50,628 bases of DNA, taken from the IMG/VR virus record IMGVR_UViG_3300028146_000013, positions 1-50,628 of that record; one strand, given 5' to 3'. Below the pieces are notes generated by a model. The model was given only the letters and a program-made list of their open reading frames with translations, was not told where the DNA came from and did not search any database. Positions 14,734-23,863 of this stretch are shown one piece after another. The first letter of the stretch is position 1. The number at the start of each line of letters is the position of its first letter. This DNA is from a virus. Lineage: Duplodnaviria > Caudoviricetes. A program made the translations under genes and the position numbers.

Positions 14734-15087
14734 ATGCCTAGCATCAACGTCACTCCAATGGACTCCAATGACCTCTATCGAAGGAGGTATTACACTGACG
14801 GGAAGGCTGGGATAATCATGGAGCAAACGCCCGTTCACATAGCCGAGGATGACGGGGAAGTCATCACTGATCCGACGAGACCGGTCAAGTACGTCGGGCA
14901 GTGCTTTTTGAACGGGCAGTTGCTGGAGTGTCCTATTCCGGCTAAATCGCTGGCTGAGGCGATAGCGATCTTTGGGAAAACGTTTACTGCGTTTATCAAC
15001 GATATCCAGTCTAAGATGTTGCAGCAGCAGCTTATGAAGCCTGCGAGTGGGTTGCTGATAGACGAGGGCTTTAAGAAGAGGAATTAG
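14734..15087 (+). CDS. Hypothetical protein
   Basis: AAGGA RBS. Confidence 0.65.
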   Translation: MPSINVTPMDSNDLYRRRYYTDGKAGIIMEQTPVHIAEDDGEVITDPTRPVKYVGQCFLNGQLLECPIPAKSLAEAIAIFGKTFTAFINDIQSKMLQQQLMKPASGLLIDEGFKKRN

Positions 15088-15089
15088 CT

Positions 15090-15425
15090 ATGAGGGAAGG
15101 TGATCTGATAGACCTTGCAGCGTTCAAGATAGACTTCAATATTCGTGATGCTGATGGCCCACCAACAGCCTATATAGGCCAGGGCGAGTACTATAAGACT
15201 TTAGTTGCTGGAGGCCTAAAAAGAGAATATGAGGATTATCCTTTTATATGTACCTCTGAACATGAAGCCATTAGCAAGTACTTTAAGTCTTTAGAAGAGT
15301 TCCTTGGCGGCAAACAGATTATTATCTGGCGAACAAGGCCGGAACTAGTTGTGTTTACTTTCAAGGCTGAATCGCCAGCCTGGAAAAGACATTATCAAGT
15401 CTACTCACGATTGATAGCTTACTAA
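15090..15425 (+). CDS. Hypothetical protein
   Basis: GAGGA RBS; TAATG overlap with the polymerase gene. Confidence 0.6.
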   Translation: MREGDLIDLAAFKIDFNIRDADGPPTAYIGQGEYYKTLVAGGLKREYEDYPFICTSEHEAISKYFKSLEEFLGGKQIIIWRTRPELVVFTFKAESPAWKRHYQVYSRLIAY

Positions 15426-17902
15426 TGAGAGGCGATGGACCGATCCCCGCCCGCATCATGTTGGTGGGGGAGGCGCCAGGGGAGGAAGAGATCCGCCAGG
15501 GAAGGCCCTTCGTGGGGGCGTCCGGTCAGGAGTTAGACCGGATGTTGGGAGAGGCCGGGATCGCAAGGAGCGAATGCTTTGTCACTAACGTCTGTCGCGT
15601 TCGCCCGCCCGGTAACGATATCAATGCTTTCATAGCGAAGTCTAAAAAGGAGATCACGGATGCACATATCGAGCATAGAGGAAAATGGGTCCTCACCCCT
15701 GTTCTGGATGGCTGTCGGTTACTCGACCAAGAAATCCAGATGGTCAAACCTAACATTATCATTGCGCTGGGCAATACGCCTTTATGGGCTCTTACAGGCG
15801 CAACAGGTATTACGAAATGGCGAGGTAGCATGCTTTATACGAGTGGAACAAGCAGTCCGCCCGCTAAACTCATCCCCACCTTCCACCCCGCCTCCGTCCT
15901 CAGGCAGTGGAGTGAAAGAGGGATCGCTGTCACCGACCTTAGAAGAGCAGCTAGCTACAGAACACTTCACGACTATCCGAAACCCGCATGGAACTTTATC
16001 GTTAGACCTACCTTCGAGCAAGTCAGAGAAGTCTGTGGACGCCTCTTGGAGCGACTGGCAACGGAGACTCTTCGACTCTCATTCGACCTCGAAACTCGAT
16101 GGGGTCACATTGCCTGCGCCGGGCTCTCTTGGAGCCTCACCGACGCCATCTGCATCCCCTTCATGTGTATCGAACGACGGGAAGGATACTGGAGTGACCG
16201 GGAAGAAGTGGAGATAGTATGGCTTTTACGTGCGATACTGACCCATCCAAATGCCCAGGTTGTGGGGCAGAACATCCTCTACGATTCTCAGTATACATGG
16301 CGCCATTGGCACTTTGTCCCCCATGTTACACAAGATTGTATGATCTCGCAACATTCTATTTTTTCAGACCTACCAAAGAGCTTAGCGTTCCAAGCATCGA
16401 TGTACTGCAACTACTACGTATACTGGAAAGACGAAGGCAAGGACTGGGGTAAGAACCAAAAAGAGGATGAACTCTGGTACTATAACTGCGAGGATTGCGT
16501 CTACACCGACGAGGCCGGGCGGGTTGAGTTAGAACTAGTCGAGAAGATGGGGCTCCAAAATGTTCATAAGTTTCAACAGTCAATGTTCTGGCCTGTTCTG
16601 CAAGCAATGCAGCGAGGCTGTCGAATCGATGTTGAGCGCCGAAAAGAGTTGGCTAGCGAGGTTAAAGTGGAGGTGGAACGTCGCAAGCTGTTCCTTCTGG
16701 ACGTACTGGGACATGCGATTAACCCAAAATCCCCGAAGCAGATGCATACTCTGTTTTACACCGATTTGAAGCAAAAGGTGGTGATGAAACGTGGCAAGAA
16801 AGGTAAAGAATCAAGGCCGACCCTTGAAGACGAAGCGCTCCAGCTTATCGCCCGCCGCGAGCCAATTCTTAGGCCGCTCGTTAACGCGATATGCGACATT
16901 CGTACCATGGGCATCTTCCTCTCGAACTTTCTCACTTCCAAGCTCGACGAAGACGAAAGGATGCGTTGTGCCTATAATATCGGGGGTTCCGAGGCCGGGA
17001 AGTCCGCTCCTAAGACATACCGTTTATCTAGTTCCGAAAATGCTTTCGGATGTGGAACTAATCTACAAAATGTCCCAAGCAAGAAATCAAAAAGCTTGGG
17101 CAAAGCTGTTGCACGAGGGGCTACTGCGGGGTTGGGAGATCCTTATTCGTATCCCAATATCCGCGCGATGTTCATTCCTGATCCAGGGTTCACTTTCTTC
17201 AATGGTGACTTGGATCGAGCGGACCTCCAAGTCGTAGTTGCGGAAGCCGACGATGCGATGCTCAAAGCAGCGTTGAAGTTAGGCGTTGATGTTCATCTGA
17301 TGAACGCCTATGTCCTACAGAACACCAAGGTCCCAGACCTGTTAGAGCTAGTCAAGACTCACCCCAAGTATGAACAGTGGGCTGAGCCTATGTTTCACCT
17401 TCGCGAATTCTCAAAGGTATTTTGCCATGGAACCAACTACGGCGGCCAGCCTAAAACTATGTCAGCAGGTACTGGATGGACTATTAGAGAAGTTGAACGC
17501 GCTCAAGGAATCTGGTTTGGCGCCCATCCTGGTATCAAGCGATGGCACGAGCGTGTTAGAGATCAGATTACTCGACGGCGGTATATCGAAAATCGTTTCG
17601 GGTTCCGCTGGTACATATTCGACCGTGTTGACGCTATCCTACCTGAGGCAATCGCTTGGGTCCCCCAGTCAACGGTCTCCGTTGTTATCAACAAGATCTG
17701 GATCAAGCTCTACAAGGAAGTCCCCGAGGCTCAAGTCCTCCTCCAAGTCCACGACTCCCTCGCAGGACAGTTCGATTCTGGACTACCAGAAACAGCTAAG
17801 AGAATTGAACAGGCAGCGAAGGTTGTTGTTCCCTACGAAGACCCGCTCGTGATACCTTTTAGCGTGGAGACTTCCACGGTATCATGGGGGGATTGCAAGT
17901 GA
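15425..17902 (+). CDS. polA: Family A DNA polymerase with N-terminal family-4 uracil-DNA glycosylase-like domain and 3'-5' exonuclease
   Basis: UDG: GEAPG, PFVGASG, TNV, HPA; exo: FDLET, NILYD, YNCED; pol motifs DLDRAD, RxxxKxxxHGxxYG, QVHDS. Confidence 0.93.
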   Translation: MRGDGPIPARIMLVGEAPGEEEIRQGRPFVGASGQELDRMLGEAGIARSECFVTNVCRVRPPGNDINAFIAKSKKEITDAHIEHRGKWVLTPVLDGCRLLDQEIQMVKPNIIIALGNTPLWALTGATGITKWRGSMLYTSGTSSPPAKLIPTFHPASVLRQWSERGIAVTDLRRAASYRTLHDYPKPAWNFIVRPTFEQVREVCGRLLERLATETLRLSFDLETRWGHIACAGLSWSLTDAICIPFMCIERREGYWSDREEVEIVWLLRAILTHPNAQVVGQNILYDSQYTWRHWHFVPHVTQDCMISQHSIFSDLPKSLAFQASMYCNYYVYWKDEGKDWGKNQKEDELWYYNCEDCVYTDEAGRVELELVEKMGLQNVHKFQQSMFWPVLQAMQRGCRIDVERRKELASEVKVEVERRKLFLLDVLGHAINPKSPKQMHTLFYTDLKQKVVMKRGKKGKESRPTLEDEALQLIARREPILRPLVNAICDIRTMGIFLSNFLTSKLDEDERMRCAYNIGGSEAGKSAPKTYRLSSSENAFGCGTNLQNVPSKKSKSLGKAVARGATAGLGDPYSYPNIRAMFIPDPGFTFFNGDLDRADLQVVVAEADDAMLKAALKLGVDVHLMNAYVLQNTKVPDLLELVKTHPKYEQWAEPMFHLREFSKVFCHGTNYGGQPKTMSAGTGWTIREVERAQGIWFGAHPGIKRWHERVRDQITRRRYIENRFGFRWYIFDRVDAILPEAIAWVPQSTVSVVINKIWIKLYKEVPEAQVLLQVHDSLAGQFDSGLPETAKRIEQAAKVVVPYEDPLVIPFSVETSTVSWGDCK

Positions 17903-17926
17903 AGAGGTCTATCAACCCCCCGATCT

Positions 17927-18041
17927 AATCGGCGTCGTCTCACTAAGAAGGTCTTCGGGTGGGAAAATGTACGCCAGCACCAGTTCCAACGCCAGCATTC
18001 TTTTCAAGAGAAGAGAAGAATAAGAGGAAGAGAAGAGAAGA
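17927..18041. repeat. Bipartite intergenic element, copy 1
   Basis: AATCGGCG-N10-AAGAAGGTCTTCGGGTG...TTCTTTT-(AAGAG)n; second copy at 49375-49474. Confidence 0.75.
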
Positions 18042-19244
18042 ATGCCGCGAATCTTTAAAGACTGGCTAACCGAATATGTAGCCTATGCCTCCTACACCGA
18101 GGCTCCGAAGAGGATGCACTTCTTCAGCGGCGTCGCGGCGATAGCGGGGGCCCTTCGACGCCATGTGTGGTTCGATCAGAAGCGCTATAAGTGGTTCCCC
18201 AACATGTACATCGTGTTCATTGCGCCGCCGGGGGTGGTGAACAAGTCAACGACCATCGAGATCGCGATGGACCTCTTGCGGCAAGTTCCAGGGATAGGTT
18301 GGGGGCCGTCGATAATGACTTGGCAAGCGCTGATGACCAAGTTCGCCGAGGCCAAGGAAAGTTTCCCGGTCGGGGACGACCTCTATACCCAGTGTGCGCT
18401 CACGCTAGAAGCAAATGAGTTCGGGCTGTTGCTCGATCCCCAAGATCGCGCCTTGGTAGACTTCATGGTCGCGCTCTGGGATTCCAAGACCGGCGTGATC
18501 GAGAAGATCACCAAGCACGTTGGGAGTGACGAGGTAGAGAACCCCTTTATCAACCTCATCGCTGGCACTACGCCCGCCTGGATCGCGGGGAACTTTCCTG
18601 ACTTCCTGATCGGCGGCGGATTCACATCCCGCTGCCTCTTCGTCTACGCCGACAAGAAAGAGAAGCTGATCGCCTATCCAGGGCTCAACGTGCGGTCCGA
18701 CGACCAGCAAGTCCGCCAAGCCCTCATTAAGGACCTCGATCACATCGCCAATACCATTCTAGGTGAATACACTTTGTCCCCTGAAGCAGTGGCTTGGGGA
18801 ATCGATTGGTATAAGCGCCATCACGAGGACCCCCCGGAGGGGCTACGCGACGACCAGTTCGGAGGCTACCTGAGCCGTAAGCAGACCCATACTCATAAGC
18901 TAGCCATGGTCTTAGAGGCTTCCCGAGGCGATTCGATGGTCATCGGGATAGATAGCTTAGTCGATGCGACCGCGATGGTGAGTGACCTGGAGGGCGAGCT
19001 ACCCAAAGTGTTCGCCAAGATCGGGATGTCGGAGGATGCTGTCGCGGCGGACCGGCTACTCACCTACATCCGCCAACGACAGGTTCTACCTTACTCCGAT
19101 GCCTATCAGTACATCCATGCCAGCTTCCCCAACGCCCGGGACTTTGAGGGGATCGTTAAAGGGCTAGTGGCTGCCGGGTTGATTCTTCTTAAGCAGATAC
19201 CAGGGGGGTTCCTGTTAGAGGTTGCTCAGCCTCCCGCCGCTTGA
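18042..19244 (+). CDS. DUF3987-like P-loop protein (putative replicative helicase/ATPase) with C-terminal HTH-like region
   Basis: PNMYIVFIAPPGVVNKST degenerate Walker A; ANEFG; GGGFTSR; follows the polymerase. Confidence 0.65.
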   Translation: MPRIFKDWLTEYVAYASYTEAPKRMHFFSGVAAIAGALRRHVWFDQKRYKWFPNMYIVFIAPPGVVNKSTTIEIAMDLLRQVPGIGWGPSIMTWQALMTKFAEAKESFPVGDDLYTQCALTLEANEFGLLLDPQDRALVDFMVALWDSKTGVIEKITKHVGSDEVENPFINLIAGTTPAWIAGNFPDFLIGGGFTSRCLFVYADKKEKLIAYPGLNVRSDDQQVRQALIKDLDHIANTILGEYTLSPEAVAWGIDWYKRHHEDPPEGLRDDQFGGYLSRKQTHTHKLAMVLEASRGDSMVIGIDSLVDATAMVSDLEGELPKVFAKIGMSEDAVAADRLLTYIRQRQVLPYSDAYQYIHASFPNARDFEGIVKGLVAAGLILLKQIPGGFLLEVAQPPAA

Positions 19245-19483
19245 ATTTTCTTGATGAGGTCCTCAACCTTGCTGGTGACGAAAGCTTGAAGGGCCCCAGC
19301 TTCGGAACCGATCACCGTGGGGATCTGCATCTCTACAGTCCCTAAAAGCTTCGCGAGAGCCCCCGGAACCGTGAGCGCCCACTGAACAGGGTTAGTGCCG
19401 ATATCGACGGTGAATTGCTCGACTGCCTTGAGCGCTGCGATGAGCGAGGGGCCGGTAGCGACTAGAACGGGATTGTCTGACAT
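19226..19483 (-). CDS. Hypothetical protein, last gene of the late block
   Basis: AAGGAG RBS. Confidence 0.7.
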   Translation of the reverse strand: MSDNPVLVATGPSLIAALKAVEQFTVDIGTNPVQWALTVPGALAKLLGTVEMQIPTVIGSEAGALQAFVTSKVEDLIKKIQAAGG

Positions 19484-19509
19484 TGTAACTCCTTGATTAG
19501 CTGTCTTAG

Positions 19510-19878
19510 TTATTTCCCCTGCTGCAGCGGGGCAGGGGGGTTTTTTGCAGGGTCGTCCGGGGCGCCTTTCATATCATAAGCTCTTCGGGTTTTGGGCAGT
19601 AGGTCCATTATGGAATTCATCCCATAGCCTACCCCGATGGCCGAGGCAAAGTTCAACTGATCGGTGAACACTAGCACAGCGAAGGCTAGCATGTTCGTAA
19701 TTAGCATTCCTATGCTCTCTGGTGCGTACCGAGTAAAATACTGCCAACAAGTCATAGAGGTTGAAGTTTGCCTGATCACTGCTATCTGTTTGAGCCCGTT
19801 TGCTATTGAAGATAGAACCATTAGCCCAAACAGTGAGAGTGGAGAGTTCAATAGTGTTTTTAGTGCCAATTCAGTCAC
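19510..19878 (-). CDS. Multi-TM membrane protein (holin candidate)
   Basis: About 3 hydrophobic segments, charged tail; GTG start after AAGGGG. Confidence 0.5.
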   Translation of the reverse strand: MTELALKTLLNSPLSLFGLMVLSSIANGLKQIAVIRQTSTSMTCWQYFTRYAPESIGMLITNMLAFAVLVFTDQLNFASAIGVGYGMNSIMDLLPKTRRAYDMKGAPDDPAKNPPAPLQQGK

Positions 19879-19900
19879 TATACGTTCCCCTTGAGTCCTT

Positions 19901-20083
19901 TCAACGAATGGTAATGCCGTGTCCACTGACATAGCTAAGGCACCATAATAACAAGATGACGCCGACAATCACATAGACCACTGTCTTGACGACCGGCGGT
20001 ATTCCAGGGATCTGACCGACCCCCCACAAGATGAGCCCGACGATACATAGAACGATGAATAGACCTAGTAGTGTGTTAATCAT
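19901..20083 (-). CDS. Two-TM small membrane protein
   Basis: MINTLLGLFIVLCIVGLILW...VVYVIVGVILLLWCL; AAGGAG RBS. Confidence 0.7.
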   Translation of the reverse strand: MINTLLGLFIVLCIVGLILWGVGQIPGIPPVVKTVVYVIVGVILLLWCLSYVSGHGITIR

Positions 20084-20094
20084 CAAGTACTCCT

Positions 20095-22257
20095 TTAGAG
20101 GTTGCCCTCTGAGATCCAATCGGTTCCAAGGATGTTTGAAGAACTGCTAGTGACCCGAGCCCAGCCTTTAGCTGTCGCCGGGGTAACGCCGAGATGGATA
20201 GCCCGGTCACCAATCGTCCAAGTCCCAGCAGTTGGGACACTAGAGAAGTTCTGTTCGATGTTGCAGCCTGTCCCGGCGTTATTGATCAAGCTCGCAGATG
20301 CCCCGGTGGTCAGGTTCATCTCTACGGTCTTGTCGATGAACGATCCAGTGCAAGTGCCTGAGCTTTGGAAGCAAGTCGTCGGGCCAAGGATCTCGCCGCC
20401 TGTGATGTTAACCCCGGTGCAGCCGTTGAGCAACAATCCTACATTGAGGTTAGAGGTAAATATCACTCCGGAGAAGCAGGCCGTGATGATGGCGTTTAGG
20501 TTGGCGCAAGCGGCAGTGCCTGAAGCAACGACTTGCTTGAACCGGGTCCCGCTCGCATTCACGTTCGTGATGTTGAACCCACCGACCTGGGCGGCTTGCC
20601 AAGCTATCCCGGTTCCCGTGATGTCGATGGTGTAGTTGCCGCCCGTGAGAGTCAGGTTCTGCAGGTTGCCACTGGTCGCCGAGGTAAAGAGTGCCGCGCC
20701 AGTCCCGTAGTGGACCACGTTGTTATCCGCTAGAAGCACGTTGTTGAGCCCGCCCGCGCCTGAGATAACGCTAATGCCCGATCCGGCCATCAAAGCTCCG
20801 CCAACCTGGGTGCCGTTGTTGCTCGAAGGCATGGTGACCGAGTTACCTATGACCGTGTAACCGCCTAGCCCTGACGTGGGCCCGCCGCTAACTTGAATGC
20901 CGTCGCCCTGACTCATGCGGCTAACAGTGTTGCCAATGATCGACACGGGCACCAAGCCCGTAGCTACTCCACCCGCGCCAATACCTGCAGGTACCAAGGT
21001 GCGGGTCCGGGTGTTGATGCAGCAGTTCTGCACAGTATTGCCGTGGACTTGCGTTCCGCCGATCCCTGCACCGACCAAGTAGATCCCCGCTCCGGTAGTC
21101 TGGGCCGGGTCGCTGATAACCCCGTCGAGTCCTCTAGCTCCTATGATGTTCTCAACTTGATTATCATAGAATCGATTGAAGGTATCTACGCTTCCAGACC
21201 CTGCGCCGGGCAGGTAGAGTAATAGCCCGTAGGTTGTGTGAGCGCCAATTCGGTTGCCCTGAACTAGATTGCGAAACGGCAGGCCGCTGCCGACCGTGGC
21301 GAATTCGTCAAGGATCTGAACTCCGTAGCCGCCACCCCCGTAGAAGTCGTTGTTGACGATGACGTTGTAGGAAGGCGCGGCGGTTCCACCACCGTTGCCG
21401 CTATAGATACTAACATCTCCCCCAGTGCCCGCCTGGAGGCCATTGAGGATCTTCTCTTGGGCCCCTGAGAACCAGTTGTTGTAGATCGTGTTGTGGTTGG
21501 CGGCTCCATTGAGCCAAACCCCCGACCAGACGAACCCATTGAACAAGCAGCGATCCACAGTGCAGTTCGAGGAGTTTAGTAGCTGAACGCAGCCGTAGGT
21601 GGAGGTACCAGTGGTGGGCGGGAGGATATTGACCTGGAAGTTCGTGAACCTCGCGCCTGTGATACCGCTGCAGAGGAAGTTGGTCATACCGCCGTTAGCC
21701 CACTGGAAGATCGTATTCCAGCCATCGCCTATGATCATCTGGTTGGTGCCGACGCTAAAGGTAACGGAGAACTTGTAGGTGCCTTGAGGACCGTAGACAA
21801 CGGAACTAGACGCCAGGGCTCCGACCATGGCGGGCGATGAGTCAAGGATGCCGGTAGGATCGGCTCCGTAACGGAGGAGATTGCCTACTCCGTACTGGAC
21901 GTGCAGAGTGCCGGTGGTGAACCCGGCCGCGATCTCGGCGGGAGTGGCGACGGGGCTCGGATTAATGGCGACCTGGGCCGCTGCAACCGCGACAGGGACG
22001 GCGGCGGCGACCGCTGCGGCTTGAGTAGTGCCGCCGAGATTCGTCAGCGCAGTGGCCGCGTCTGTGGCCGACGTGCCGCCCTGTGTGATCAGAATAGGCA
22101 GCGCCCCCGCGTTACCGAGGCCGAGCGCCGCGAGCGCTTGGGGGACCGTCTGCGCCCCATTCAGCACAAAGTTACACGTGACATCGATCCCATTCAGCCA
22201 TACCGACTTGATCGGCGGGGTCTGAAACGGCTTGAAGTTTTGTGGAGTGAAAGCCAT
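20095..22257 (-). CDS. Tailspike / parallel beta-helix protein
   Basis: YGADPTG...DSSPAM entry motif of pectate-lyase-like folds; N/G-rich beta-helix repeats. Confidence 0.8.
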   Translation of the reverse strand: MAFTPQNFKPFQTPPIKSVWLNGIDVTCNFVLNGAQTVPQALAALGLGNAGALPILITQGGTSATDAATALTNLGGTTQAAAVAAAVPVAVAAAQVAINPSPVATPAEIAAGFTTGTLHVQYGVGNLLRYGADPTGILDSSPAMVGALASSSVVYGPQGTYKFSVTFSVGTNQMIIGDGWNTIFQWANGGMTNFLCSGITGARFTNFQVNILPPTTGTSTYGCVQLLNSSNCTVDRCLFNGFVWSGVWLNGAANHNTIYNNWFSGAQEKILNGLQAGTGGDVSIYSGNGGGTAAPSYNVIVNNDFYGGGGYGVQILDEFATVGSGLPFRNLVQGNRIGAHTTYGLLLYLPGAGSGSVDTFNRFYDNQVENIIGARGLDGVISDPAQTTGAGIYLVGAGIGGTQVHGNTVQNCCINTRTRTLVPAGIGAGGVATGLVPVSIIGNTVSRMSQGDGIQVSGGPTSGLGGYTVIGNSVTMPSSNNGTQVGGALMAGSGISVISGAGGLNNVLLADNNVVHYGTGAALFTSATSGNLQNLTLTGGNYTIDITGTGIAWQAAQVGGFNITNVNASGTRFKQVVASGTAACANLNAIITACFSGVIFTSNLNVGLLLNGCTGVNITGGEILGPTTCFQSSGTCTGSFIDKTVEMNLTTGASASLINNAGTGCNIEQNFSSVPTAGTWTIGDRAIHLGVTPATAKGWARVTSSSSNILGTDWISEGNL

Positions 22258-22260
22258 GAG

Positions 22261-22578
22261 CTATCCTAGTGCAGGCGGAGGTAGGATCGTAAAGCGATCA
22301 GGGATAGAACAGTCAGGAATAGCGTAGTCAGGGATAGCCGATGAGCCATTGAAGTCACAGAACAAGGTGTACTGATCGGTCTCCTTCTGAGCCCACGGCA
22401 CACTCATAATGTCCGGTACCGCCCGTACAAAGTCCTGGGGCTGTCTAGCCTCGTTGTGTTCGGGGCAACGGTAGAGACCTTGCCAGTTGCGGACCATGGT
22501 CGAAGCCTTGCGCTTCCGCCCGCACATAGAGCAAGCTGCGTTCCAATCACCTAGCTCAAAGTAGTCAGCCCTTCCCAT
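22261..22578 (-). CDS. Conserved phage protein with Cys motifs
   Basis: GDWNAACSMCG...C..H.E.RQPQDFVR. Confidence 0.7.
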   Translation of the reverse strand: MGRADYFELGDWNAACSMCGRKRKASTMVRNWQGLYRCPEHNEARQPQDFVRAVPDIMSVPWAQKETDQYTLFCDFNGSSAIPDYAIPDCSIPDRFTILPPPALG

Positions 22579-23863
22579 AGCGCATCCCCTTAGCGAAGCC
22601 ATAGGCTTGAAGTAGTGGAAGCTGGTCTTTAAGTCGCTTGCCTATGTCAGTGCGGCACATCACGTTGGAGGGCCACGATATACCATTGATGACTTCGTAG
22701 GCCGCTAGTCTAGCAGCCTCTACCGTGGGTCCCGCGCCCGTAGCCACCAAGTTGTAGGTCCCAGCGGTAAGAATGCGCTTACCCTCAAGCCCAAGAGCCT
22801 TGCCCATCTTCACTTGCTGGAAGTGGACATGAGTCATGTCCTCGACTCCGCTGATCGGGTAGCCCGTCCAATCCTCTGCGGGATCGCCGGGAGTTCGGGG
22901 GAAGTCCCCGTGGGCCATAACCACCCCAACCACGATATCAGTAGAGACCTCTAGGGAGTCAGTGCCCATCAGTAGGTCAACCATCCACTCTAAAGGATCG
23001 CCTTGCAGGACCTCTTGGCGGATGCAGAAGTCGGGCCAGCCGAGGCGCATGGTGAATTCTAGGGGCCAGGGCTTACCCTTATCATCAACGATACAATTGA
23101 CATTGCAGTCACCAACAAAATTGACGAGATGAAGATAGTCCGTTAAGGGGGCTAGCAACAGGTCAAAGAGTTTGGATTCCTTGACGTGCCGGATAACCGT
23201 CCCCATCTCGCCGGTGTTCCCACCGTAGTCGTCGTTCATGAATTTCTTGTGCTCAAAGGCTTCTTCTTTCCATGACGACCAACCGCCGGGACCGAAGAAC
23301 CCGGCGATGCCAATCTCGGTGCCCTCTACGCATTCCTGCATCATCAACTGGCCCTTGAAGAGACCTTCTTTTTCCCACCGAGAGAGTGTGAAGATACCTT
23401 CCTCTGGTGTCTTAGCTACGAAAGTCATTGCCTTGTCGGCGGCTCCGCCCCAAGGTTTAAGGGCAAAGGGCTTACCGGACTTGGATAGTACGTCGATGGC
23501 TTCCTCTGCTGAGTCTACTATTTGGTAGGGAAGTGTATCGATTCCGTAATACTCAAGTACGGCTTGCCCCTCGCCGCGATCTAGTTCGAGTTCGGCTGCT
23601 TTGGGGTTAGTCCCCATGATCGGGTAGCCTTTATCAAAGCATTCTTCGAGACCCTTGGGGTAGTCGCAGTTGCCGGTTAGGATAACCAAGTCGGCCCACT
23701 CCATGGAGGGCTTCCAGTCCTTCGGCTTCTCCACTAACCCATCACCCACGGGATGCTCTTTGGCGAGCCAATAGCGAACTTGGTGGCCCGCCTCCATAGC
23801 GCGCAGCGCTATATCGAGCGCACAGCCTTCGTCCCCGCGCATGTCCATCACCAGGAGGTTCAT
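22565..23863 (-). CDS. PurD (GAR synthetase)-like ATP-grasp ligase
   Basis: EHKK...GNTGEMG, PLEFTMRLGWP, VATGAG...RTDIG match PurD domain architecture. Confidence 0.85.
   Translation of the reverse strand: MNLLVMDMRGDEGCALDIALRAMEAGHQVRYWLAKEHPVGDGLVEKPKDWKPSMEWADLVILTGNCDYPKGLEECFDKGYPIMGTNPKAAELELDRGEGQAVLEYYGIDTLPYQIVDSAEEAIDVLSKSGKPFALKPWGGAADKAMTFVAKTPEEGIFTLSRWEKEGLFKGQLMMQECVEGTEIGIAGFFGPGGWSSWKEEAFEHKKFMNDDYGGNTGEMGTVIRHVKESKLFDLLLAPLTDYLHLVNFVGDCNVNCIVDDKGKPWPLEFTMRLGWPDFCIRQEVLQGDPLEWMVDLLMGTDSLEVSTDIVVGVVMAHGDFPRTPGDPAEDWTGYPISGVEDMTHVHFQQVKMGKALGLEGKRILTAGTYNLVATGAGPTVEAARLAAYEVINGISWPSNVMCRTDIGKRLKDQLPLLQAYGFAKGMRYGKG

Noticed and set aside
17912-17998. Mini-ORFs in the duplicated element as real genes
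   Set aside because: No RBS, and the similarity is explained by nucleotide identity; kept only as an alternative hypothesis.
15425-23863. 2-aminoadenine (Z-genome) pathway
   Set aside because: No PurZ (PurA-like), DatZ or MazZ gene seen; the ATP-grasp protein is PurD-like.
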